From NCBI GenBank assembly GCA_050084985.1, contig JBITNC010000001.1, positions 496,001 through 560,000 of the forward strand: a DNA stretch of 64,000 nt, given 5' to 3'. The notes under the pieces are model-generated. The model saw nothing but the letters and a program-made list of their open reading frames with translations. It was not told the DNA's origin and did not search any database. A program made the position numbers and the translations under genes. The stretch comes from Nageia nagi (lineage: Eukaryota; Plantae; Pinophyta). This document shows positions 51,997 to 64,000 of the stretch, one piece after another; the first letter of the stretch is position 1, and each line of letters starts with the position of its first letter.

Positions 51997-52893
51997 AATA
52001 TGATGTTTATTGTAATGTTTGGTAAAGCTTCATAGAATTAATTATTGTTAGCAGTGTTGAACCATCTGAAAAGATATAATGGTTATTTTATTTAAATATT
52101 GTTACCATGTCCTTTTCTTTAAAAAGTAAAAAAGTGGTATTTTCTTTTGTTATTCTCTTTTTATTTAGATGTAGGAGTGAAAAAATTTACGTACAAATTG
52201 TATTATGTATTTTATGATATTTTAAGAAGATTAGTCAAATATTTTTCCTTATGCTTTTAGCTAGAATTTAATGAATTTATTTTGATATATATTTTATTAA
52301 ATTTCTAATATGATATTTATTATAATATTTGATAAAGTTTCATATAATTAATTGTTGTTAGAAGTGTTGTAATATTTGAAGAGACATAGTGGTTATTTTA
52401 TTTAAAGGTTGGTACCATATTTTTTTCTTTAAAAAGTAAAAGAGTGGAATTTTCTTTAGTTATTCTACCTTTGTTTAGATGTAGGGGTGGAAAATTTCAT
52501 GTACAAATTATGTTATTATTTTTCAAAGAGACTAGTCAAATATTTCTCCTTATGCCTTTAGTTAGAATTTAATGAATTTATTTTGACATAAATTTTTTTA
52601 AATTTATAATATGATATTTATTATAATGTTTGATAAAGTTTCATATAATTAATTATTATTAGAAGTGTTATACCATTTGAAGAGACATAGTGGGTATTTT
52701 ATTTAAAGGTTGGTACCATGTTTTTTTCTTTAAAAAGTAAAAGAGTGGGATTTTCTTTTGTATACATTTCATGTACAAATTGTATTATGATATTTTAAGG
52801 AGACTAGTCAAATATTTCTCTTTATACCTTTAGCTAGAGTTTAATGAATTTATTTTGACATGAATTTTATTAAAGTCTTAATATGATGTTTAT
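51997..52893. repeat. Tandem array of a ~300-bp unit (3 copies plus a stub)
   Basis: Unit starts aatatgat[g/a]tttat at 51997, 52307, 52608 and 52880; the third copy has a ~30-bp deletion. Confidence 0.93.
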
Positions 52894-55269
52894 CATCTTA
52901 GTAAAGAAATATTGTCAAATTCATATGAAAGTAGGGAAAGATGAATTAATAAAAATATATTTGCTTGTTATTATCTAAGTTTGTCACTTAAACTAATTAG
53001 TATCTAATGAGATGATAAGTTATGTTTAATATTTTTAATAACTAATTCAAGAACTCTTTAGAATCTTATCTTAAATGAATTATGGTTTTGAGATTATGAT
53101 ATTTGTATAATATTTAGTGAAATAATTCATATGGAACCAATTACGTAAATTAATTATTAAGATATCCAAGACTTTATTGTGAATAATTTAATTATTTAAG
53201 ATAGATTAATTATAGGGTAAATAAATAATTGATTAATGTACATTGACCAAGGAAAAGAGATAATTTCTTCTAAGGTCTATAGTTAAATTCATTTGCATAA
53301 TGGTCAAGTTTTAAAATGGTTGTCCTAATCCTCTCCCTCCTAGTACTCGATCCACCACCAAGCTCCAAGGGATGTTCGATACTCATTGCATGAAGATTGA
53401 TGGAGATGTTTAATGGTTGATACAATGGTCAAAACCATATGACATGAACAAATTTGGATTACAGATTCATTGGATATGAAATAGTATGATTTTTTAAAAA
53501 TATCCCATTAGTGATTAAATGAGTTGTATTATATTTGAATTGCTTTTGTATAATGCATGGTCTCTACTAGTAATAAATTATAGAAGCTTTGAAGTTTATA
53601 AAAGTAAATTTCATTCATACATTTCATAGATAGATTATATTAGGTATTAATTAATGAATATTGTAGATTATTTTTTATTTATATAATTTTTAGCAAAATA
53701 TTAGTATTGTGATTTAATAAGCTTTCTTTTAATTATGGTTACAAATACTACAATTAGTATTGATTATATGGATTACTAGAAGTAGGAATTACTATTTTTT
53801 TATGAAAATGATTAATAATAATACAAATTGAAAAACTAAATGATTTTAATAAAATCTAAAGAAGTAGGTTGATTAGAAAACAATCTTAATTTAGACTTAG
53901 GGTTCCAAAAGATAATTTAGAAGCATTTGAGATATTTTAGGGACTCTTGAGATCAAATTGAATACCAATGGAAACCCATGAGATAAATGGAATCATTCCA
54001 GACTCTTTTTGGATGAATGTAAGGAAAATGATGAAGAACCTTCATCAATTAAACCTACCTTGCTATATGATAAACAAAAAAAATATTATTTATGTGAGGA
54101 CCACATAGAGTCGCATTACTTTTGTAACAATAGTAGCTAGATCTTTTCTCATAACTTGTTACTTTATGTATTCAAGAGATCTTTTAAAAAGTGGATCCAT
54201 ATACATAATACAATGCATATGGGATAAATAAGAAAACATGTGACTTCTTGAGTAAGCCTATAATTGAAACTTTCATCAAACATGAATGGTGTTAAACCTT
54301 AGAACTTATCTTATACCACTTCACTATCGAAAATATTAGTTTATAGTTAGTAAGACATAGGTGGTTCTTTTTGTCAACACATTTAAAAATAGATTAGACT
54401 AAACAACCACTCAAGGATATTGTTTGATATCATGGCTCCCCAAGTTATAGGCATAGGGATGTTGAACCACATGGTGGGACTAGCTGATAGTTATGGGTAG
54501 ATTAGTACTCATATCCCCTGACAAATGAGTCAAGTGGGGATAGCAATAGGAAAAACTACTATTACTAGGTGAGAATAACTAGTAGTCATACCACTTATAG
54601 TTAGCAAATAGGGGTATGATGATTATTTCATAGGTGATTCTACCTGCTCATATGGAAGTTTGCCTAGGAAAAACTATTTGCTTCTATAAGATGGAGAGTT
54701 ATCATCAGGTGGAAATGCTAACTTAATGGAAGTGTGATCTCTTGGATGGTATGGGCCTTGAGTAGAAAATCACTACTTTATGACCAAAAATCCTATTACA
54801 CATGGGATGTAGAATAGGAATGGTGAGGTTACTTTTGAGGTGTCTTCTTAATAGGATGAGTGTTGAGGAGTGAACACCAAAAAAAGTTATTAGGGTTGTT
54901 TACCTTGGGTTCTTGATCAATCTTGCAATGTGAGTGTTGAACTAGCTAGCAACATTACCAAGCTCATGTGGGGTCACCTGCTTCATTCCTAGAATATTGA
55001 GTGTTAACCAAATAAAATAAAATATGTCTAAATTTTAGAGTTTTGGTTGATGGAAATAAGGGGTTACATTACACAATTCATTAGTTATTTATTTTAAATG
55101 AATATAATTTATCTAATGCAAAAAAATCATTTTCTAAAATATTTGAAAGAATTGAAAGTATTATGGGATTTTTAGAGTTGTTGGATCATGTCTATGCAAA
55201 TATGATTATGCCTAATTATAACAATTTGTTCATTTTATTATGTTGGAAATAAATATTACATTTTCTATA

Positions 55270-56550
55270 ATGGTAAGCAAAATGAAGTGGAAAAAGTTTT
55301 ATCATTTCCCTATCCAAGAAATGGTTGACAAGGAGGTTTTTTCTTGCCTTGACCTATCATGGACTAAGTTCATTACAAAGGAGTTAGTGATAAATATTTT
55401 TTGGTGGCTATAGCTCTTGGTAGATTACATGATTTCAAGAGAGGTGAAAATCCAAAATCCTAATGTACTTTTATGTATAAGAACATGGTTAACGATATTT
55501 ATGATGAAGCTGATGGTAGCTACCCTACAATTTTTTACGCATTAGAAAAATGTGAAACTTAAGTGTAGTTTTTGAAATTAACCTTTAATTTTTTATTATG
55601 CAAAGTGTAATAGATTTATTAACTAGTATATTATCATTGAATTGTAGTTATTGGCACTCATATGGGTACCAAGATAAGAGGGACAACCTACCTCCACCAA
55701 AAAGGAAGAGGTATTTTATCTAAAAGAGAGAATGTAAAAGTCATTTTTTGGTAAAGGTATATGAACACAATCCTAATGTTTCCTTCATAAATTATAATTT
55801 TTTCCAACATGTGGATTCAAAAGGAACTCCTTCCATGGTGTCAATGATTCATCAAACAATTCAAGGTTAGTGTTAGAACCACATTTTTAATTTGAAATGG
55901 TATCAATGATTGAGATATTTTTACATATAGGTGTTTCAATTAATCAAATTACTAAAGGGTAGTACTTGAATGAGTTATTTGGTGAGTTGCCAACAATTTA
56001 AGATGATTGTATAATGAGGAAAAATATTGCCAATATATAAAATAAGTTTAAAAATATGAAAGTACAAAACAATAATATAGATTCACAAACTATTAATTTA
56101 TGGTATCAAGATGAGAAATAAAAATTTTAATTTATCATCAACCACACAAAAAGATTGAGGGTTTTGGTTTGGGCTATCAAAGTCCATGGATGTTAAAAAA
56201 AATGGTATCATGTTTATACAATAGTATGATTGCAATAGATGTAAAATTTGGCACTAGAAAGTGTGGGGTAAGTTTAATGTCTTATTTTTCTCATTAATAT
56301 GCATTTCAATACATATTTTGTAATTCTAACTTCTTTTGTTGTCAATTGCAATTCCTATTACATACATTGATTTTTTTATGATCAGGATAATGGAATGCTT
56401 TTTGTATGGATGGTTTCTCGAAGTAATCAGATGGAGGATAATATATAATGGCTACAAATATTACATGATTTATGCAAAGAACATACACCTGATTGGAAGG
56501 TGGAAGCCTTCATGAAAAATGATGTTCTACCTAAAATAGAAGCAATAAGG
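55270..56550 (+). pseudogene. Decayed intron-containing MULE (Mutator-like) transposase, SWIM-zinc-finger family type; 3' truncated
   Basis: Fragments FSCLDLSWTKF, ALGRLHDFKRGE, CKSHF.VKVYEHNP..HVDSKG, GLGYQSPWMLKKM..SMIAIDVKFG, LHTLIFYDQDNGMLFVWMVSRS, WLQILHD..PDWKVEAFMKND..IEAIR; GT donors near 55865, 56268 and 56550. Confidence 0.7.
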
Positions 56551-57404
56551 TATGAGTTATTAATTTCAACTATGAAGTGTGTAAAATCATCTTTACAAAA
56601 AGTATAAGTTCACATGCATAAGTGGAGAATACATTTATGAAATGGATTTCTCTTCTTCTAATCAAATTATATTCCTATTATTGAGGTAATGAATATAAGA
56701 AGCTTTCCACTTGAGACCCCAAATACACATTTTTCAAGCTTTAGTTTAAGCTTGAAATCTCCCAACCTTTTTAAAAGATAATCCTCCTTTTTTCTATAAC
56801 TTTAGAAGGATATTATTGGGAAGTATTTATTTCTTGTGGTAATTCTCTGAAATCATCATAGGATTAGGACTTCAAGCATCATAGTTGAGAAATTATTATC
56901 AATTCCCCCATTTGAAAAGGATTGTCTACATCCAAGGCTCTTGTCAAAACTTCTACTAAACACTTTGACATATGTAGGTAACTTGTAAAGAAAAATCCAA
57001 TGCTTGTACAAATGTCTCTATGCAAGGATGTATTATGTGTGTAGTATCCCTCTTTAGAATCAATTTTAATGGAAAATATATAGAATAATATATGGTAGCT
57101 TATTAACAAAAAACATGTAATAATGTATAAAGTTTGTTCATAATATATATGTATGGATTTATAGATTGTATTTGGGTTTGAAAAGCATAAAAGAAAGCGT
57201 AAAGGAAATACTATAAAGTGAACAACTACACTTTGAAAGAAGAAATGGATACTTGGTTGAATATAAGTTTAAGAATCAAGATGAGTAGTGTCTAAAAGTT
57301 TCTCTTTCAAATTAGTTAAGAATATTTCATCCAAGTCTTCCAACATTGCAAACAAATAACTATTATTTGAGTTTTTTCAAAGAGGAGTGAGAAGTAAAAT
57401 TGAT

Positions 57405-60400
57405 TGTTGGTATCTATAAAAATGGGCAAACCAACCAAAGTGATACATATGGATCAACATGTGTATGGATTAAAATTTGGATGAAAATTTTGGATAGATG
57501 TCATGAAAGTATAAATTGAAATAGAATACCCTATCTACTTATGTATTGAGAATTAAGCAACAAACATAGGCTAGCTTCAAAATTTTGTAAAATAAAACAA
57601 GGATAACTTCCCTAGAACTTGTAAGTTTTCAAAGGAATAAAATGAAAGTGCACAAACTAGCTATAAAATCTCTTGAATAATACAATTCACAATACCAAAA
57701 TGAAAGATGTAAACTCAAGTCTTTGGCTTAACCACTTTATATTGATTTTAAAAAAGAGTATGCAAAATTTTACAAGTGTGCTCTCACTTTCAAAAGTTTC
57801 TTTCTTCAAGAATGAATTTCTTACAATAAAGAGACCCCATGCCTCTTATAGATAATTTTGAAACTCTAATTTCTAGTTTTGAAACCCTAATCCCTAATTC
57901 TAAAATCAAAAGCTAGTTACAAGTTAATTCAATGCTAATTGAGATTACATTTGGACTTATTGGAAATTAACTAAGACAAAATTTGAATAAAATAGTAAAA
58001 AAATGCTAAATTATAACCCTATTTATTATGGTGGTGGTGGGAATATTGTTTGCACATGATTTGTAATGGTGGATTAAATGTTTTCTCCCATGAAGGTCTC
58101 AACATTCTGAATCCCTTAGTTAATTATTTCAAGTGTTCCTTCATCTACTAGTAGGTTTTTTATGATTGTCTAGCTTATTTTTTCCATTTCTTTACACCAA
58201 AGAGCAAATTGAGATCCTCCTTTCATCGATCTCCCTATCTTCATACTATTGATATCTTCATACTATTAATACTATAGTAATGAGAGTATCAATCTATTTA
58301 AGTTATTCATTTTCATATTTTGATTGTTCTCCTTCATAGGGATGATCTGATCTCATATTTATCAATATGATAGCCATATCAAAGCATGATTCTATATGAG
58401 GATTATTATAAGTAACCATCTTCGATCTTCATCACTAGTAAAATCATGCTCTATCTATTTCCTTTTTCTTTTTCTTATCTTTGCCTTCATTTCCATCATC
58501 TCCTCCTAATGAGGATGCCATTTTCCTCAACCTTGATGAACCTTTTTGAGTAGCTATTAAAAATTTATTTGGAGGTGAAGGTATCTTAGATGTCCTTCAT
58601 GGAGGAGTGGATTTAGAAGTTGTTGGTGTTGTAGCTTCCTATACAACTATGTTAATCATGGGATCAACTCCAATGTGAATCTCTATTGAGTTGTCAATGT
58701 TTATTCTATTAGAGATCTTGTCCTAGTCAATATCCATGTTGGTGTTTATAGTTATGTCAAAATTATTCTCCTCTTTTTACTCAGTTGAGCTAGAGTTTGG
58801 ACCATACTTGCTGGAACTCAAACTAGAAGGTGGTGTTGTAGGAATTATATGATGAGGTATACCACTTCAGTTGGATTTATTTGGATGATTTAACTTCTTT
58901 TGAATATGATCAATCAAATGAGAGATTAAACTAGACTCTCTAAGATGCTTGATACCATTTGATGTGTCCTAAATAAAAGTTTTAATAGTTTGATTGGGAA
59001 TGCTCATGGTAGCATATTTCCCATTCTTCCCTTGTACTAAGGTTATGGTAGTGATATGATAAGAATTACATATTCATTCCTTGGAGACTCTATGTTTGGT
59101 ATTATGGGTTTCTATTTGGATTTCTCTTCAACTTCTTATTGTATTCTTTTTTGTTCTTTAGCTAACTCTCTATGTATCCTCTAAGTATGCTTAATATATT
59201 GTATTTTTTTGTATTTTTCTATATTTTTGAGGGACATATGAGGGAATGTTGTGCTCCATGTTTCCCTAAAAAATACATCAATCATTCCATCTAGATCATA
59301 TTGATCCATAGCTAGCTTAGTTTCAATACAATGATGCACTAGGTCACATTTGATCAATAAGATCTGATACCAAGTAGTACATTCATAGCCTTCCATAATA
59401 ATAGGTAGTTCGTAAGTAGGGGAAGACTTTTTCACCCATACCTTATCATGTATGTTAAGTAAGTGACTAGAAAATTTTATGAGGATGAGATAGTCACTTA
59501 CATAGAGGTGTAGCTTTAGTGAGGCTTCTTTAGAACCATAGACTCTAATGTATGTAAATTTTGAATCTAACATATAGAAGTTTACATGTCCTCTTAAGGT
59601 AGAGATAGCTTTGTTAGATATCCTAAGCAATATTTTTCCTAATGATTATTTCATCATACATATGGCATTCCAACCTCATGTGCATCATTATCCAGTTATC
59701 ATCATTGCATCTTCTTTGAATCTAGAATCATGGGTAGCTCTCCCACAAAGGATGCAATGATTGATATAAATATTTGCTATTAGCAATGGATTTTTTTCTC
59801 TCCTTTCCATGGAGGAGTAAATAAAATATGGAGGAGTTCATGTAGAAATTTTTATCTACCTATATATTTCTTAATTACTTAATCATGCATTCATTGATCA
59901 CACTACTCTATTTTATACCTTTGCCTGCACTGATCATGTCTATAATCCTTGCAAACTCTAGTTGGAATTTGGTATCATCATTTTGTCCAATCACTCTTGA
60001 TAGAATTGTAATGATCTTAAATACCATTGAGTAAAAATCCTCTCTCTTGGGTGTCGCCAAATATTTTCTAGTAAAGTGCTTGCAGTCATCGAATAACCAA
60101 TCTTTGACTAGATATCTTGGACACATTAGATGTTTATAGAAATTATGTGAGTCTTTCATACTATAGGACATGTATTTTCTTGGCCAAGAAAAGGTGTTCT
60201 CAATACTTGTACCAAAAACAATCCATTATCTTATTACCATTTGTATCAATGAGTTTCTGGTTCCTATAGTCACAACACTTTCCCACCTCATAGCAAAGCT
60301 CTGGTAAGGGTGAAGAAAATGGAACCATAGATGCCTCCACTAATAAATATACTTTTAATGTATCTTTTATTAGCATAAAAGGATCAAGGCTTTGAATTTT

Positions 60401-60530
60401 ATTTAATGTATTTATTACATCTATATTGGAACACTTAGTATCCTCAATTTAACTCAAGTGTGGCTTGGAGAGTTTTTGTCATATATTTGAAAGTGATTGG
60501 ACTCTCTAACATGAGCCTCATTTGCTTTCT
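57405..60530 (-). mobile_element. Old LTR-retroelement segment: decayed accessory ORF (~58100-60530) and LTR-like tail
   Basis: Colinear minus-strand ORF pieces (59908-60171, 59181-59630: FTYIRVYGSKEASLKLHLYVSD) and PFSSPLPELCYEVGKCCDY; no gag/pol motifs; boundaries unresolved. Family assignment is from recollection of Gypsy-associated extra ORFs. Confidence 0.45.
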
Positions 60531-63500
60531 CTCCTTCATATTTATTTTAATATTTCATTCTTGTTATATGAACAAGATAACATTAGGAGGTGCTTAGCAA
60601 GTTTAGGTTACTTTCTAAGGCAAAAAGGAAATTTTAAAAATTTGGATTTTTTATTTTTAATTCTAAGTGTGCCATCATTGAAAGCATACCAAATGGTGAA
60701 ATTCTAAGCATTTTTTAGCATAAAAAGAATAGTGCCAAGGTAACCAACTCTTTTTGGAGCATGCCTTGGAGATAAATTTTGGAAAATTTGGATTTTTTAA
60801 AATATTTTTCATCATTTTTGTGTAAAAATGAAGCTTGCTAGAAAAAGATAGGTCTAGAATGAAAAAGCTAAAGTAAGGAGAAGGCCATTTTGGGGAAGTT
60901 GCCAAATGATGTCAAAATGGATTAGGTGGATAGGAAATTAGTGGGGAAGGTGTTTTAAAACTTAAAATGGTTGATTCTAACTTAAAAAATATCTTTTAGA
61001 GATCTTGGAAAATTTTCATGGATTCTTTAAAATAAATTCAAAAATTTTTGGATTTTGTGCCCTTAGATCTTAGATCTTGGATCTTGAATATTTTTTAAAG
61101 GATAAATCTTCAAAAAATCTTCAAAAACATAATTAAAGGTGAATACATACCTTTGGATCTTGTGTTTTGATGGTGTTAGGGTGTTTGAGTATGGTTTTTG
61201 AGCTTCAAATCCTTCTCCAAGGTTGGATATTATCTTTCCTTCCTTATTTTGGCTCTCTAATTCTTAAAATCTTGGCTTTGGATGAATAAAATTAATTATT
61301 TGAGAATAATGGGGGGATTATGATGTATTTATAAACTTTTATGATCAAATTATGCCACATATCACCACCATATTGATTCTCCTTTCTCCTTCTTTGCTCC
61401 TTTAGGGTTTTTTCTTCATTTCTAATGTTGTGAATTTGGCCAAGGCATGGAAAATATAGTAAGTCAATGAATAGCCAGAGGAGGAGGAGATTTGGTATAT
61501 TTTGGGAGATTTTAGAGGCAAATTTTTAGAATTTTACATGCTCCTCAATACCCATGTCTTATATTTTGGATCTATAAAAACTCAATTTTGGAAAAAAAAA
61601 AAATTAAGGTTTGCTCATTTGGAGTTTTCTATTTTTTTCCCATTTTGGAGGAAAAATCCATGGTTTGAAGGATTTTTACTCATACAAAGTGCATATTTCA
61701 AATACCAAAGTGGTGTTTAATCACACCACCTACCTCACAAACCTCAAAAAGTTTGAAAATTAGCACATTTGGAGGCTCCCAATCCTAAGCCTATGTTTTC
61801 TAGTTTTTCCCAAGCTTGAGAAAAAAATAGAAAACTTACAAAATATGTGCCTATCTCCAAAGACCATGATTTTATCATTTTGTCAAAATTTTCAAGCCTT
61901 ATGTTCATAAATTTTTCTTTCATTGATGCTCATTCCTTCAAATTGTAAAAATAAATTTTAAGAATTTTTGGAGCATTTTCATTAGGTGACCTCAACTCCT
62001 CTTTTCTATTTTTTTAATTTTTCCATGATTTGATGGAGCTACACTTGTCCAATTTGCAAACTTGAAAGATCAATCTTCTGTATAATTCCATCCTCTATGC
62101 TCTCATGCTCAAAAATTTTGAATTTGAATAAAATGAGGCCCTTCAAATCCTAGGCATAGGTTTTCAAGTTTTTCTATTGCTTGAGAAAAGTTAGTAAACT
62201 TAAAAAACATGGGTCTACATCCTATGAACCAATTTTATCTCTCTTTTTTTTCAATTTTTCCAAGGTGAATGTGCTTATATTTTCTTAGTCTTCATACTTA
62301 TGTCTTCAATTTTCTTATCTAAATTTTGAGAAATTTTGGTGCATTTTCATAGCTATCCTTAATTTCTCTTTTCTATTTTTTCTCTCTAGGGAGGTGTGTT
62401 TCTTTAATTTGAGGTGAAATACTTTCCCAATTGAAATGATTAAAAGAACAATTTGATGTAGAATCTAATTTTGCACACTCCCATGCTTGAAATTTCATAT
62501 TTTGAGTAAATTTAGGCACACCTTTTCCTAGACATAGGATTTCAAAGTTTTCCCAAGCTTGAGAAAATGTAGAGAACCTTGAAAATGTGTGCCTAACTTG
62601 CCTTATCATAGTTTTGTTTATTTTTTAAATTTCCAAGGCTAAACCTTAATATTTTTGCAAGGGATTCAAAAGGATATAATTACATTTATTTTCCAACTTG
62701 TGTAAAAAATAAAAATTCCATGTAATATTAATTCCACATTTCTTGGAGGCCTTAAGATCTCAATCTCTTCACTTGGCCCCCGATGGAGCATCTATGGTCA
62801 AAATTGAAAATTTTTAATTCTAAAAGTGCTTAAATTTGGATTATCCATAACCCTATACCATCAAAATCATCAATTAATCTAAATCTATATCATGAATCTA
62901 CCATTGCAGGCACCTACTTGGTCACTTGATCATCCTAGATGAACCTTGGTTTGGTGCTTGATCATATTGAATTCTCTATTGAGCCTTCATTGAATAATTT
63001 CCTCATATCATCCATGATAATATTCCTTGATAATGCCTTTGAATTATCTCTTAATCCATTTGTACCATCTCATCTTATGATCCATGTCCATCCTAGATCA
63101 CCAAATTTGCAAAAATGGGTCCCCAAAATGTTGCATCTTGGGGTGTATTGTGTAGGCACAATAGATATCATATACACAGACTTCAAGGAAATGATTCTTT
63201 ATTGAATTTAAAATGATTATTATTTCATTATTTCATGGAAATGACTAAAGTTAAACTAGTTTCATTGTATTGTAACAAATATGCTTATTATTTCATGCAA
63301 TTATGTTCTTATGCATAATAATGCATCTAATCATGATTTTTTAATTTATTTTTGACATTATAGAGAAAAGAGGGATAATTATTTATATTTAAAACAAATA
63401 CACTTCTCTATTTTAAATATTTTGATATAAATAATAATATATGTTTTTTATTTTGATATTATTTATGATATATTATCTTATCATGTTGACATGCAAATTA

Positions 63501-64000
63501 TCTCATGTTATTTTCTTCTTTTATGGTATAAGGATCAATAGAGCACTAAGAGAGCTAGCTTGGGGCAAGATGAGACTATCCTATTAAAAAAGAGGAGAAT
63601 AAATCATATATCATATCATATCTTGGTCTTGAGAGTGCTCATAATACTTTTCTTACTTGTATCTTTTGGTACTACCTATCAAGACTACTCATATCCAAGA
63701 CCAAATGTTCTCTTAATTTATCTTAAATTTGTAGGGAAATATAATATACCTTCTTCATTCCTACCTAAACCTTTTCACTTAAATAATATTTTTGTAAGCA
63801 ATTATTCAATGAAATTAGTATACATATTTACCTCATATAGATGCAAATTCACTTTATTCTTTTTGGCTTCTATTTTAGACAATTCTAGTTCATATTCTTA
63901 TGCTTTCTTAGGGACTAAAATAGGTGGTTACTTCAATTTCAAATATTTACATAAAATACTTTCTCCTTATATAATATCTTCATTCTCAACCTCTTCCATA

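Noticed and set aside
49801-55068. Element bounded by inverted TGTAACCC(C)TTAT termini, or an LTR ending GGGGTTACA at 55068
   Set aside because: No TSD, PBS or partner LTR found; may be chance or an unresolved fragment.

Overview
AT-rich, CpG-depleted plant nuclear DNA, probably from a large gymnosperm-type genome (inferred from TE content and decay). It is about 90% transposon-derived. There is one intact host gene: an intronless group IX (ERF1/ORA59-like) AP2/ERF transcription factor at 43907-44635, with a compact CpG-retaining promoter rich in W-boxes. Upstream lie an old Copia (A, 310-7286), an old Gypsy with an internal deletion (E, ~8138-13846) and a third A-family LTR. Next comes a 25-kb three-level nest: Copia B (18276-43231) contains Copia C (19619-38102) and a CACTA-like insert. 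C in turn contains a young pol-less LTR element D (20653-24998; perfect TSD, LTRs differing at about 5 positions) and a young full-length L1-clade LINE (31524-37732; 17-bp TSD, poly-A tail, AUGA-overlapping ORFs). Downstream are a Mutator-like MITE with a perfect 9-bp TSD, tandem repeats, a decayed intron-containing MULE transposase resembling the SWIM-zinc-finger family, and an old LTR-retroelement accessory ORF. The most novel-looking object is element D: a Gag N-terminus fused to a long acidic, Cys-repeat protein, with cis-signals matching the B family. I cannot support a wholly new biological system beyond that. All alignments were done by eye.
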